NCBI GenBank assembly: GCA_013239625.1
Contig: MU054338.1
Span: forward strand, 2,156,968-2,220,967
Direction: 5' to 3'
Length of the DNA stretch: 64,000 nucleotides
Origin: Lama guanicoe
Lineage: Eukaryota
Shown in pieces: positions 26,866-38,930 of the stretch (positions are counted from its first letter, which is position 1; each line of letters starts with the position of its first letter). Both the position numbers and the translations under genes were made by a program. The notes beneath the pieces are model-generated. The model did no database searches. It was not told the DNA's origin and worked only from the letters and a program-made list of their open reading frames with translations.

Positions 26866-29026
26866 TTTCATTTAACTTCTGAGTTGGGAAAAATTCTGTC
26901 ACCAAAACAGTATATGTCCCTTTGACTGTGATTGGCCCCTCCCCTCCCGGGACTCCTCTGATCTCAGCCTCACTGCCCTATAAAGTAACACAACCGAGGA
27001 GAACGCCTACTTTACAGTTGGGGAAAACCGAGGCTCAGAGAGGCGAGACCCCTGACTAGTCCCAGGTCACACGGCCAGTTGTGCCAGGGCTAGGGCTCAA
27101 ACCCAGGTTTTGGGGGGCAGCTCTAGTTTCTAAAAGATGCCACAAGGTCAGACAAGCACCTGGGAACCTGCAGCTCCTTCCTCAAGATGCCAGTGCATTT
27201 TCAAGACTCTGAAGAGTCCCACAGCTGCCCTGGGCAGCGATGCCCATACCTTTTGACCCCAAACGCCACAATGGGGTGGATTCTGTGACCACCTCGGGGC
27301 ACACCCACAGGAAATCCCCCAAATCCCCAACTCGGCACTGAGAGCATGCATCTTGGTTTCGCGGTCCTGCTCTAGTGTGTCCAGGTTTCCCTTGTGTGGT
27401 CAAGGATCCATTTTGAGCAGCATCAAGTGCCGAATCGAATGCCTGATATGAGCCAGGCTGCAGAGAACCACGTAGGCAGGGATGGGCAGTGGGGGACCCT
27501 GGGGAAGGGGCCCAGGTCAGCAGAAAACTCATAAACAGGCAGATACTTTAAAGCCGGTGATGGGCATGATGTAAAATACAACGAGATGTTCACGTATGTG
27601 TTTTTAAGAGAGGAGCAGATAAAACCGGGTCGGACTGTCCGCTTTCCTTGCTGTGTGACCTTGGGTAACTTACTCACCCTTTCTGGGTAACCTGGGGTTG
27701 TCAGCCTCAGTCAAGGGTTGCTGTAGGGTGTTAGCCAGGACTGTCAAATGTGTAGCCTGATGTCTGGTGTTGGTGAGCTGTCTGTGCTTGGCAGTTGCTC
27801 TTATTGTTATTTTTTCTTAGTATTATTGTTATTAATTATTACTGTTAACTAGTGTCTTCTCACTCTACTCATCAGCTCTCACCTCAGTGTTCTGAAAATT
27901 TCCCTGACCTACGCAGCAGGGGCTGGGGACTCTGCTCCCACGGGGTGCTTGTCAGTGTGACTGGAGCAGGGACACATGAATGAATTTTTCTGCCCCTAGT
28001 GTCCCCAGCACCACAGTTAGTGATGGAAGGGATCTTTAGCAGAGGCAGAGCGGCAGGGGACCCCCAGCTTGGGGCTTTATCCAACTGGTTAGAGAACAGG
28101 GTCCAAACATGGGGGTCACCTCAAACCACTGACAAGAAGGGGGTCCTGGAGTCAGGGGTGGGAGAACTGAGCCCCCCTCCAAGGGCCCACTGGACCCCTT
28201 AGTGGACAGTACCCAAATATGAATCCTAAGGGTGTCTGGGCAGTGAGCCCAGGCCCATGGCTGCCACCTGGTGCTGTGTGAGTTTGAATATGTCACCGCC
28301 TCTCTTTGTGCCTCAGTTTCTCCATCTGGAAAATGGAGGTGATAATTGCATGTCCCTCCTGGGGGAGTTTCGAAGATGAGATGAGTCAGTGGAGGCGAAA
28401 CCTGCAGCCTGACATAGTCAAAGGAATGACTCACTAAGTATTAACTATTGGAATGTACCATTGCATCCAGTGTGGCCTTGTCAAGCCTCTCAGGCGCTTC
28501 AGTTGCAGCCCCTCACTCCCATCTCACGTCTCCGGGCTGTGTGACCTCCCTGGCACCTGGCACAGCCTGAAGCGATATTCCTGGTTTATCTGCTTCCTTG
28601 TTCCTTGCCTGTCACTTCCCCATGAGGACAGCAGTGCCACGAGGGCAGGGGATTTTGCCCATCTCGGTCGGTCCCTGCTGTGTTCTCCCAGGCATCTGGC
28701 ACCCAGGAGGTGCGCAGCAGTCAGTTTGCCCAGTGATCACAGGAAACGGCAGTGCAGTTCAGCTCCAGGTTATCAATGAGGCCATAGAGGCTCCGGGATG
28801 TCAAAGTACTTGCAGGAAGACACAGCGGGAGACTTTCAACAAAGTAATTGTTTCAGACCTGGTAGGTCGCCTGCAGTGTCTCTCTCATATTCTTCTTTCT
28901 CTTTTTACAACACTTTAAAATTGTACAGGAGCCCTTTTTTTCCCCATTATTGCCTTCCCCGAAGAGTGCTTTTAGATGTTTTTTTCCCCAATCACTCCGA
29001 ATCATGAAATTTTAATAACACAGATG

Positions 29027-29090
29027 ATATATATACATATATATTTATGTACTATATATATGTATATATGTGTGTGTATATATATATCTA
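29027..29090. repeat. (TA)n/(TG)n microsatellite
   Basis: atatatatacatatatat...gtgtgtgtatatatata. Confidence 0.85.
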
Positions 29091-29184
29091 CGTTTTATAC
29101 ATCAAAAGAGCAAAATTTTTAGCCCCCTCCATCCCCCCAAGAACCAGTTATTGCCCCCACTGAGAATGGATGGATCTAGACCAA

Positions 29185-29372
29185 GATTTCTCCTCCTCGG
29201 CACTGCTGACATTGGGGCAGGGTCGCTCTCTGGGGAATCACCCCGGGCACTGTGGGGTGTGGAGCAGCCTCCCTGGCCCCCACCCAAAGCCAGGAGCCCC
29301 CTAGTCATGATGGCCACAGATGTCCCCAGACATCATTTTGGGGGCAGGATCGCCCCAGTTAAGAACCTCTGT
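29185..29372 (-). mobile_element. MER20-like element
   Basis: tttctcctcctcggcactgctgacattgggg...ccacagatgtccccagacat...gttaagaacctctg. Confidence 0.7.
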
Positions 29373-29714
29373 GCTAGGCAGACAGCTTCTTCGACTGGAC
29401 ATCAGCTTTGGGATATAGACTCTCTGAGCTGGGCCTCAGTTTACCAACCTCATCAATTGGGTAGATTTAATCATCTCGTGCCAGGAAGCTCTTAAAACAG
29501 TGAAAACTCAGCAAATGAAAGCTGCCTGCTTGGGGGATGGGGCGTCCTGGGGCGTTGGACATTAGCCAGCTTCTGGCATTGTCCACTCGGGGTATCTGTT
29601 CAGACCAAAGGAAGGTCCATTTTAGGGCTGGGTCTTTAAGTAGATGGAAGGAGAAAGAATTATCTGTGTCCTTTCTTTCTTTTTTTTTTTTCCTGCTTTT
29701 TCATGGAAACACCC

Positions 29715-29915
29715 AGAGCAGTTCAGCCCAGTAGAACTTTCTGTGATGATAGCATAATTGGCACTGTCCAGTTTGATAGCCACCAGCCACGTGTGACTGT
29801 CGAGTATTGAAAGGTGACTGGTATGAATGCAGTCCTGAAATTTTAATTCAGTTTCAGTTGGGCCAATTTAAATTTCAAGTCTCGTGGCTGGGGACTCCTA
29901 TCCTGGATAGTTCTA
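29715..29915. mobile_element. MER3-like hAT DNA transposon
   Basis: ccagtagaactttctgtgatgat...tagccaccagccacgtgtg...aattttaattc. Confidence 0.65.
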
Positions 29916-30039
29916 TAAGACGGGAAGTTCTCAGGAGCCAAATGACAGGCAAGTGGTCAGCAGGTAGTTGAGAAGTATTTCAAAGTTTTAGAGATGATTA
30001 GATAGAAGATGACACAAGAAAAAGAAAGGAGATTGTGAC

Positions 30040-30380
30040 ACCTGCTCCAATGTGGACAAACCTTGAGGATGTGATTCTCAGTGAGAGAACCAGACACAGC
30101 AGGACACATACTCTCTGAGTCTACTCACAGGAGAACCTAGAGAAGTCACATCCACAGAGACAGAAAGTAGATGGTGGGGGCCAGGGGCTGGGGAGGGTGG
30201 GGAGTCAGTGTTTCATGGGGGCAGAGTCTCAGCTTGGGAAGATGAGAAAGTTCTGAAAATGGAGGGTGAGGATGGTTGCATGACAATGTGAATGTGCTTA
30301 ATGCCACTAAACTACACTTAGAAATGGTTAAATGGTAAATTTTATGTGTATTTCAACACCACTAAAAATCAAGTTAAAAA
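30040..30380 (+). mobile_element. L1M 3' fragment
   Basis: aaccttgaggat...cagtgagagaaccagacacag...gaatgtgcttaatgccact...aaatggttaaatggtaaattttatg. Confidence 0.85.
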
Positions 30381-30504
30381 AATTTCATGAGATGGCATAT
30401 AGTTACAGCATCATATTATATAGAAACTACACTTATTTAAATTTAAAAAGACCCTAGGAGTATAGAAAAAAAGGGAGAGTTTGTTTAGCCCAATAAAGGG
30501 ATCT

Positions 30505-30890
30505 GCTGAAACCCACAGCTAACATCATTCTCAGTAGTGAGAAACTGGATGTGTTCCCCTGAAGATCAGAAGCAAGGCAAGGACACTTGCTCTCATCACT
30601 TCCAGTCGACATGGTTCTGGAGGTCCTAGCCAGTGCAATAAGGCAAGAAAAGGAACTCAGAGGCATACAGATTGGAAAGGAAGAAATAAATCTAGCCCTA
30701 CTTGCAAATGACATAGAAAACCCCAAGGAATCTACCAAAAAAAAAAATTCTTAGAGCTCATACATGAGTTCAGTAAGTTTGCAGAATGCAGGATTAACAA
30801 CCCCAAACCAATCAAATTTTTACATGCTGGCAGCGAACAACTAGAAACCTAAATTAAAAACACAGTCTCATTTATAATCACTCCCCAAAC
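30505..30890 (+). mobile_element. Degenerate L1 ORF2 reverse-transcriptase fragment
   Basis: Relic translation KPTANII...[25 protein letters not shown], with stops and a deletion. Confidence 0.85.
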
Positions 30891-31429
30891 CCGCCGCATA
30901 TTAAAATGTTGATTTGGTGCCAACCCTTTTACATTTGCTATTAGCTGACTTGGAGACTGGACAAACCCTGAGTGGGTTTTATTATATTCCTATTTTACAG
31001 GTGAGGAAACTGAGGCTCAGACGAGTGGTATGGCTGGCCTGAGGTCACAGAACAATGGACAAGGCTCCAAACTAGAGCCAGCTACAGCCTAGGGCTGTGG
31101 CTTTCTGTCCCCACAAAGTAAGAGCACCCAAGACAGAAACAACAATGAAAATAGTAACAATAGTAATAAAATTCTCCCTCCGGTTGGTGAAATGCTGACT
31201 GTACCAGCCACTGTTTGGGGCACGTGATTGCATTCACCATCAGCTTTTCTCTCACCACCAGCCTCTGAGGGAGGTGCTATAGTTGTGCCCGTTTCACAGA
31301 TGGGGAGTGAGGCACAGGGAGAGACGAGGCAGTGTGTCTGAGGCCTGCAGCCTCATCTGCCTGGTTCCAGAGTGCAAGCTGCCTGGTTCCTAGGCGGTGC
31401 TCAGGAAACATCCCCCTTCTCGGGTAAGC

Positions 31430-32060
31430 ACCTGGGTGCCATCCCGGCACTGCCGCCCGCCGAGTCCGTGTGGGCGCCAGTTCCGGAAGAGGGTCTGTGC
31501 CCGAGGCCTGGAGCCCGACGGCTGGCTGCCCAGGCTGGGCTCTTCCCAACGGCGTGGCCACCCGTGCCCAGCTGTGCGGCCATCCGAGCTGGACGGGCCG
31601 GCTCCAAGGGGCTGCTGGCTGCCCAGCCCGGGAGCGGCCACAGGGCGCGGGGCCGAGCCGGGCATCGTCCCCTCAACCGCTGCCCAGCCCTGCCCAGCCC
31701 AGGTGGCCATGCCAAGGAAGGCTGCCTGCATCCGCTCCACTTGTGGATGGGGAAACTGAGGCAGCTCGTGGCTGCTCCTGGGCTGTGCACTGCATCCTCA
31801 ATCCTGGCCGCCAGTAGGTGCTCAGCACACAGCGATGCCAGGCAGACGGCAAGGGCTCGGAAACTGTTGTGGGCAGCGGCATCATTACTATTATCCACAG
31901 AGCTGCCCTTCCCGGGAGGGGACGTGACCGCCCCAGGCCCACGCGGCCTCTGCGGCTCCCAGGGCTGGGACGGGAACGTGGGCGTGGGGTCCGAGGAGCC
32001 AGGCAGCTCACGCATGCGCCGCGCTGGATGTCTGGACGCACGCACAAAGGATCCACTAGA
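31430..32060. promoter_or_regulatory. CpG-enriched intronic patch, candidate enhancer
   Basis: Raised CpG density; NRF1-like CGCATGCGC at 32011-32019. Confidence 0.45.
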
Positions 32061-33246
32061 CTAACAGGGGGTATGGGGCGGGCACTTTTTCGCCATTCCA
32101 ACCCTGTTTTCCTTGTCTACAAAATAGGTACGCTGACAATGCCAGGTTTGTGGCTCTCTTAAGGCTTTAAGGGAGTCACAGAACACCACATCTGCGCCCA
32201 TCTTGGGGATTTAAAAATAAGAGAAATAACACTAATGGGTGGACATCAGGCGGTCTTTTGAGCTTGGTGTGCCGGAAGCGCTTCATCGGTATCCTCTCCT
32301 TGCTGCCTCCTGACAACTCCGTCAGGCCGGTGTGTGCAGTGCTTCTGCACATCTGAAAGAGACAACTGAGGCCCAGAGCAGTTAAGTGATTTGCCTGAGG
32401 TCACACAGCGATTACCTCCCAGCCTTGGAGTGTGGCGGGGGGCGGGGGGGGCCTGATTCTCTTTCTCTGGCAGTTGGTGGAGATTCCTGCCACCTTCATC
32501 CTTGACCTGAGAGACAAATTGGTTGGGCTAGGCTTGCTGTCTGTCTGGACTTGGCCGTGTGCCCCCGCAACCCCGCTCCAAGTCCAGGGTGGAGAGTGTG
32601 GGGGCTGCAGCGGGGCTGGCCTCCGTCTAGGCCTCCGGAGCCGATAACGCTGAGCTCAGCGTCTGTCTGCTTTGCCGGCCTGCCAAGGAGCCTGATTATT
32701 TTTAGATAAGATGGAGGGGCGGGCGCCAGGGTGGGAGAAGCCCCCAAGCCAGATGGGGGCAGGGTGGACGTTAGAGCTGCAGAAAGACGCCCCTCAGCCC
32801 CCACTCTGAGGAGCCCTGAGTGGCAACCCAAGACCAATGGCTGGGCCCCCAGGACTTCAAAGGCAGAGGCAGAGGGGAGGGGGCCTGAGGGGTCAAGGAC
32901 TCACTTTTCTGGCCCTCGGTTTTCCTATCTGTAAAATGAGCCTAATGAGAGCTCCCGCCTTATTCGGTGGAGGCAGGATTAATTGAGCTATCCTGACTTC
33001 ACAGTTGGAGAAACTGAGGCTCAGGGAGCATTGACTCCCACGCTCCAGCACATAGCCACCCAGGTGCCCCAGCGACCTCAGACGTCTGTGGCCCCCTGGA
33101 GCAGCAGCCAAGGGAGGGGTCCACACCACGTTCCAGACCACCATCTCCATGGCGCTGGCCCAGCCTAGCGCTGGCACTGATGTCTCCTCCCCTCCGGGGT
33201 GGGGGGTCCATGCAATGTCACCCACTTCTCCTCCCTCTCTTTGCAG

Positions 33247-33318
33247 ACGCGGAGCAGAGCAGCAGTCCCCGGGCAGGGATGGGCTCCGACCAGGAAGACA
33301 GCAAGCCCATCACACTGG
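33247..33318 (+). CDS. NFIC: NFIC exon 3 (72 bp)
   Basis: ctttgcag|AC GCG GAG; (D)AEQSSSPRAGMGSDQEDSKPITL; donor G|gtgagt; phase 1-1. Confidence 0.97.
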
Positions 33319-33789
33319 GTGAGTCTGGGGGTGGGGGGGTGGGGGGCACAGCCCCGTCCCCATCTTTTATTTAGAAATCATTTTCAGAGCACCCCCTGTG
33401 GGCTCTGCGTGGTCCTGCGTGAGTACCTGCGTTACTCCTCACAGCCACGCTGTGGGGTGGGTGCTGCTGTTCCATTTCGTAGATGAGGACACTGAGATCC
33501 AGAGAGGATAACGGGCCTTCCCAAGGGCATCTAGGGAGCTGGGGTTGGAACCCACGACCCTGAGCTCCAGCCTCTGGTCTCTGAGGTGCTCCTCCTATGG
33601 GAGAGGCCCCAGAGAGTCCTGCAGTCTCTTGGGACATTTAACAAATGAGCAGGACAAGTCAGTTTTATGTTACGGGAGTGGAAAGTGGGAGAATTTGTCT
33701 GAGGCAGGGCTAGGAACAGAGCCCTGAAGGACAGAAAGGATCTGGAAGCTGCTGAGGCCCTGCTTCTACCTGAGTCTGTCCTCTTTGAA

Positions 33790-34375
33790 GTGGTCAGAGG
33801 ATGCCTGTGAGGACCTGAGTCAGGTCCCGCCCTCCTCTGCCCACAGCCCTCCAGAGCGCCCACCTTCCTCCAGGGTAGAAGCCCAAGAACTCCCCAGGCC
33901 CACAAGGCGCTGCATGGCCTGTCCCACCCCCTCCCTGCCCTCACCTCCTCCTTCTCTCCCCTCTCCCCTCTCCCTCTGCTCAGCCACCTGGGCCTCCTTG
34001 CTGCTCCTTCAACATGCCAGGCACAGTCCTGCCCCTGGGCCTTTGCACGGGCTGTGCCCTCGGTCTGGACCACTAACTGCTCTCTCTTTCCAGATCACCC
34101 AGGTCTCAGTTCAAATGCCTCCCTCTCAGAGGGATCTTCCCTGAGCCCCTCAGCTCAATCATAGCCCTCTGTTTTATTTCCTTTAGAGGAAGTTAGTGAT
34201 TGTATATGTATTTGCTTAGTTGCTTAGCGGTTGCAAATGTGTTTGCTTAACTCTCCTAGTGGAACATCACCTCCTCAAGGGCAGAGGTGTTTATCTGTCT
34301 TGGTCACTGCTCTGTCCTGAGTGCCTAGAACAGGACCTGGTATACTGTAGTTGCTCAAAAAACATTTGTAGGAAG
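33790..34375 (+). mobile_element. L2 3' fragment
   Basis: gggcctttgcacgggctgtgccctc...gtgcctagaacaggacctgg...ctcaaaaaacatttgt. Confidence 0.8.
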
Positions 34376-35449
34376 AAGGAAAGGAGAGAAGGAGGGAAGA
34401 AGCAGAGCGGGGAGGAGAACCTAGAGAGCTGGTACATCAGGGTGAGGGAGGAGGAGAGATGAAAAGGCAGAAAGGAAGAAGGAGCCGGTGGGCGAGGGCA
34501 TCCCCCTTGGAAGGTCCGGCACAGGGAGGCTGGATGGTTCCAGGAGGTTCACAGGCCCCCAGGCCACTCTTCACCGGCCATCTGTGACCCGAGTCCTCCT
34601 TGGCCTCCTGTGATTCCCAGGCGCCTCCCTCCAAGCCAGATGTTCTGGGCAGGCGGCAGGGGCCGTGGCGCTTGGCCTGGTCCCGCGGGGAGCTCCAGCG
34701 TCTGGCTGAGGAAATCACTTCCTCCCCGCCCGCCAGGGAGTCCCCTGGAGAAGGAGCAGGGCAAGCGCTGCACAAACAGGAAACCCCGGTGGGGGGAGGG
34801 TGCAGGGGTGTGCTGACACCAGCTGGCCAGCTGGGTTAGCAGGAAATGGCTATGGCCACTTCCCCTGGACACTGGGGGCCACCGCCCTGTCCTCCTGGGG
34901 ATAGTGTGGTCCCGAGCCTCTCATCATGGGCCTGGGCAGGTAGTAATTGCTCAATAAATGGTGTGCACAAAGCTTGTAACCAGGGGGCTTGAGTGGTGGA
35001 CAGCTGGGGACCTGGGCACTGCTGTGAGCTCCCTGTGGCCTGTGCTGGCCCGTGCTGCCCTCTGGGGGCCTGGACAAGAACTGTTACCGCCCCGCCCACA
35101 ACCCCAGGGCCTCTGCACCAGCCACTCCCACCACCAGGAACATTGTGGCCCACAGGGAGGTGGCAAAACGTCGAGTTTAAGGTCATCCTAATCGGGGCCG
35201 CCAATTTTCGCAGGGCAATTTCCCCGTGCCAGGTGCTGTCTTGGCACTTCCCAAATTTTAACTCGCGGGTTCCTCTTATTCACCCCTGCCTTGAGGTCTT
35301 AGTAAAATATCACTCTCCCAGACCTCCTTTGAGCCCTTTGTGTAAAATAAAACAGATCCCTTCCCCAGCAGGCTCCCCTGATCTCACCTGCTTTATTACC
35401 ACTGCCTGACACTCCTTACCTTTGACTTCATGATCTTTAAAAAAACCTT

Positions 35450-35920
35450 TTTTTAATTGTGGTATAATACACATAAAATGCATCATTTCAACCATTTTAC
35501 AACGTACCATTCAGTGGCATTAAGTACATTAACAGTGTTGTGCATCCATCACCTCTATCTAGTTCCAGAACATTTTCAGCACCCCAAAAAGCAACCCCAC
35601 CTCCATTCATCCCTCCCCCTCCCCTGGTGACCACAACTCCACTGTCCCTGTGGACTGGCCTGTTCTGGACGTTTCACGTCTATGGAATCACACACTGTGT
35701 GTCCTTCTTTGTCTGCTTCTCTCACTGAGCATCATGTTCTCAGGGTCTGTCCACATGGTAGTGAGGGTCAGCGCTTCACTCCTTTTCAGGACTGAGTGAT
35801 GTTCCTGCATAGGGAGGGGCCACATTTGTTTATCCCTCATCTGCTGATGGACATTTGGGTTGTCTCCAATTTTAGCTACTATAAATCATGTTGCTGTGAA
35901 CATCCATGTACAGGTTTTTT
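35450..35920 (-). mobile_element. L1M 3' fragment
   Basis: ttttaattgtggtataatacacataaaat...ttccagaacatttt...tgctgtgaacatccatgtacaggttttt. Confidence 0.85.
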
Positions 35921-36913
35921 TGACTTCCTGCTCTTATGTGGCATCTGTCACCCACACTGGACTGTGCGTCTGGAGGGCAGCTGCTTCTGTCCGTCTCATC
36001 TCCCACTGTATCCCCAGTGCCCAGCTCAGAGGTGCTCAGTAAACGGTTGCTGAAGAAATGGGTCCTGCTTGTGAGGGCCTCCAGGTGGGACAGGCCTCCT
36101 CCCAGCTGTTCCAGGTTGGCCAGGACTCCTGCCCTCTCGTGGCCAACCTCAGTTTCCAAACCCATGAAATGGGTCTAAACCACCCCAACCTGGAGAGGAG
36201 GGGCCCTCTTCCTTTGACATCAGGCAGGTGTGCGCCTGGGCACAGTGGGGGTTTTAATTGCTGCCTCTGGACCCTCCATTCAGCCTGTGGTTCTGAGCCC
36301 CTGCCATTTGCCAGGCTCTGGTCTAGGCACTGGGGACACTGCAGGGCTCCAGGCCTGGGGGGGCAGGCAGCGTAAGCAGCTGCAGCATTGTGTGGGGTGA
36401 AGACTGAGGCAAAGGAGGTGAGCTGGTCCCTCCTAGGTAGAAGGATTCATGTCTCAAATCCACCCAAGATGACAGGGTGTATGGTCCCACTTTTGAGATT
36501 AGACCATTGAGGCTGAAGGAGGTTAAAGTGACTTGCCCAAGATTACACTCTGGGCATCCCAGCTGGGATTTGAACTCAGGTCTGGCCTCCACTCATGTGC
36601 GCAGCCTGCCCAGGCATGATGGCCCTGGGTGAAGGCTGGGAGGCTGGGGGAGGCTGCAGTGAGAAGGGCTGAGCAGCTGCTCAGAGAAGAACGTCCTCCC
36701 TAGCTGGGTTAGGGCGGAGGGACTCCCCCGTCGGACCAGAGGACATCCTCCTGCTGCAGGGCCGCAGAGGGGACGAGGGGAGGGGGAAGACAGAGTGACC
36801 GCCCAGACTGGGTCCAACCCCCGCAATCTGGGCAGCCCAGGAGTGTCGGGGGGTGGGGGAACAGACCCGGCTCAGCTGGCCACCTGCTGACCTCCAGCCT
36901 TTCCCTTTTCCAG

Positions 36914-36988
36914 ACACCACCGACTTCCAGGAGAGCTTCGTCACCTCCGGTGTGTTCAGTGTCACTGAGCTCATCCAAGTGTCCCGGA
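36914..36988 (+). CDS. NFIC: NFIC exon 4 (75 bp)
   Basis: ttttccag|AC ACC ACC; (D)[24 protein letters not shown]; donor A|gtaagt. Confidence 0.98.
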
Positions 36989-37789
36989 GTAAGTGTCCCC
37001 GCCCACCCTGTGCTGGGACCTGCAGAGGGAGGGGCTCACACAGGGGAGGGCTGGTGGAAAGAAGTGGATTCAGGATGGGGGCTCCAAGAGGGAAGGGGAC
37101 TTGGGGAGAGAAGAGAGGCTCAGGGAGGAAGGAGCCTGTCACCCTGCCCACTCCCCCACGTCCTCTCTAAGCAGCCCCTGTCACCAAGCCAAGGTTCCCA
37201 GGAAGGGCGGTATCCAGCCCTTCCCAGAGGCCAAGGTCACAGTGACGTGCTCTTCTCCAGGAAGGACTCCAGATGCTGGGTGGAAAGGCTAAAGAAACTT
37301 CCACTCCAGCATCCCCCCTTCCTGGGGCCTCCCCATTCCCTGAGGAAGAGACCCCAGATGGCCCCGCCCTCCACCTGCTTTGCCTCCTGTCCTCTTGCCT
37401 TATCTATGGACCTGCAGGGACCCTCCCCAATCCTCCAGACACCCCTGTTTAAACCTCACCCCAGGGGGCTCTGGGCACTGCACTGCCTTAACCCTAACCA
37501 TTGCCCTCCCTGTCCAGATCAGCAGAGCCTGGCCTCTGGTAGTGCTGGGAAGCTTGACCTCCAGCTCTGGCTATGCCTCTACCTCACAACGTGACCTTGG
37601 CCTCTCTCAATGCCCTCGTTCTGATCTGTAGAATAAGGCCACTTTTGGACAAATCAGGAAACAGGCCAATTTGGGAAGGGGTTCTCTTGCAGACTGCCAG
37701 CACCCAGGTGGCTCTCCCACCCCTCTAGGGCAAACTGCACCCAGGGACCTTGTTTCCTCCCTCACTGTCCTCTCTGTCGCCCTTTGCAG

Positions 37790-37913
37790 CACCAGTGGTG
37801 ACTGGAACAGGACCCAACTTCTCCCTGGGGGAGCTGCAGGGGCACCTGGCGTACGACCTGAATCCAGCCAGCACAGGCATGAGAAGAACGCTACCCAGCA
37901 CCTCCTCCAGTGG
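37790..37913 (+). CDS. NFIC: NFIC exon 5 (124 bp)
   Basis: ctttgcag|CA CCA GTG; (T)[40 protein letters not shown](G); donor GG|gtacgt. Confidence 0.98.
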
Positions 37914-38399
37914 GTACGTGCCCAGGGCCCACCTCTTGGCATTTCATGACCCGCTCCCCACACACCTATCTCTATCTGGCCCCAGCTGGTTCATTCCTCT
38001 CCGTTTTCGCATTCCACCTGGGAAACTCATACTCATCCTTCAAAGCCCAGCCTCCAAGTGACTCTTTCTCCATCCCTGACACCCTACTCTGGGCTCCCAC
38101 AGCCTCGAGTCTAACAGGTCCAGCACTTGAGACTCCATAAGAATTCAGACACTGGTTATTGCTGAGATAGGCCATGTGATCGGTAGCCAGTCACATCGTG
38201 TTTGCCTCGGTTTCCTCTTCTGTAAAATGGGATCATAATCCCACTAGGTTGTTCTGAGGATTACAGCAGGCCAAGTGATCAGCCTTCAGGGCTTTAGTCT
38301 CCACTGGCTAGCTTGTTAGCTTGGACCTGGGCTGAGTTCCTCCTTGCCGCTGGCCCCAGGCGTCCTGTCCAAGTAACAGGCAGATTGAAACAGGTGTTA

Positions 38400-38930
38400 A
38401 CTGAGAACCGGCTGAAAATGCACGGCTCCCGTGACGTCTCGCGATAGCTCCCTCCTCGCCCCGCCCTCTAGGAACCGGAAGTAGTGGTGCCGGCCCGGCC
38501 CCCTGCGTCTCCTTGGTAACCGGCATGCGGGCTTCCTTTTTCGCCCCTTAGGAGCAAGAGGCACAAATCCGGCTCGATGGAGGAAGACGTGGACACGAGC
38601 CCTGGCGGCGATTACTACACCTCGCCCAGCTCTCCCACGAGTAGCAGCCGCAACTGGACGGAGGACATGGAAGGAGGTGGGGCTGGCGGCGGCGGCGGCG
38701 GCGGCGGACCGGTCTTCCGGTCGGGTTTACCGCAGCGGGGACTACTTATTCCGGAAGGCAATGCGCGGCCGCCAGGGAGCGGAAGCAGGCCTAGGGTCGC
38801 GGGGCCTCCTGGGAATTGTAGTCTCGCGGGCTGCGCGCGGCTGGAAGTCAAGTCCGGGTTCACGTGCCCGGAGCTCTTTGGTTCCGCTCAGGCTGGGGAG
38901 GGCGGAGATTATCCGCTGCCCGATTTTCCT
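38400..38930. promoter_or_regulatory. CpG island around exon 6 with promoter-type motifs
   Basis: TGACGTC 38432-38438; TCTCGCGATA 38437-38446; CCGGAAGT 38475-38482; (GGC)7 38685-38705; CTGGGAATTGTAGTC 38809-38823. Confidence 0.8.
38552..38676 (+). CDS. NFIC: NFIC exon 6 (125 bp)
   Basis: cccttag|[48 protein letters not shown]; donor G|gtgggg. Confidence 0.97.

Noticed and set aside
30454..30738. 94-aa minus-strand ORF
   Set aside because: Antisense reading of a decayed L1 ORF2 fragment
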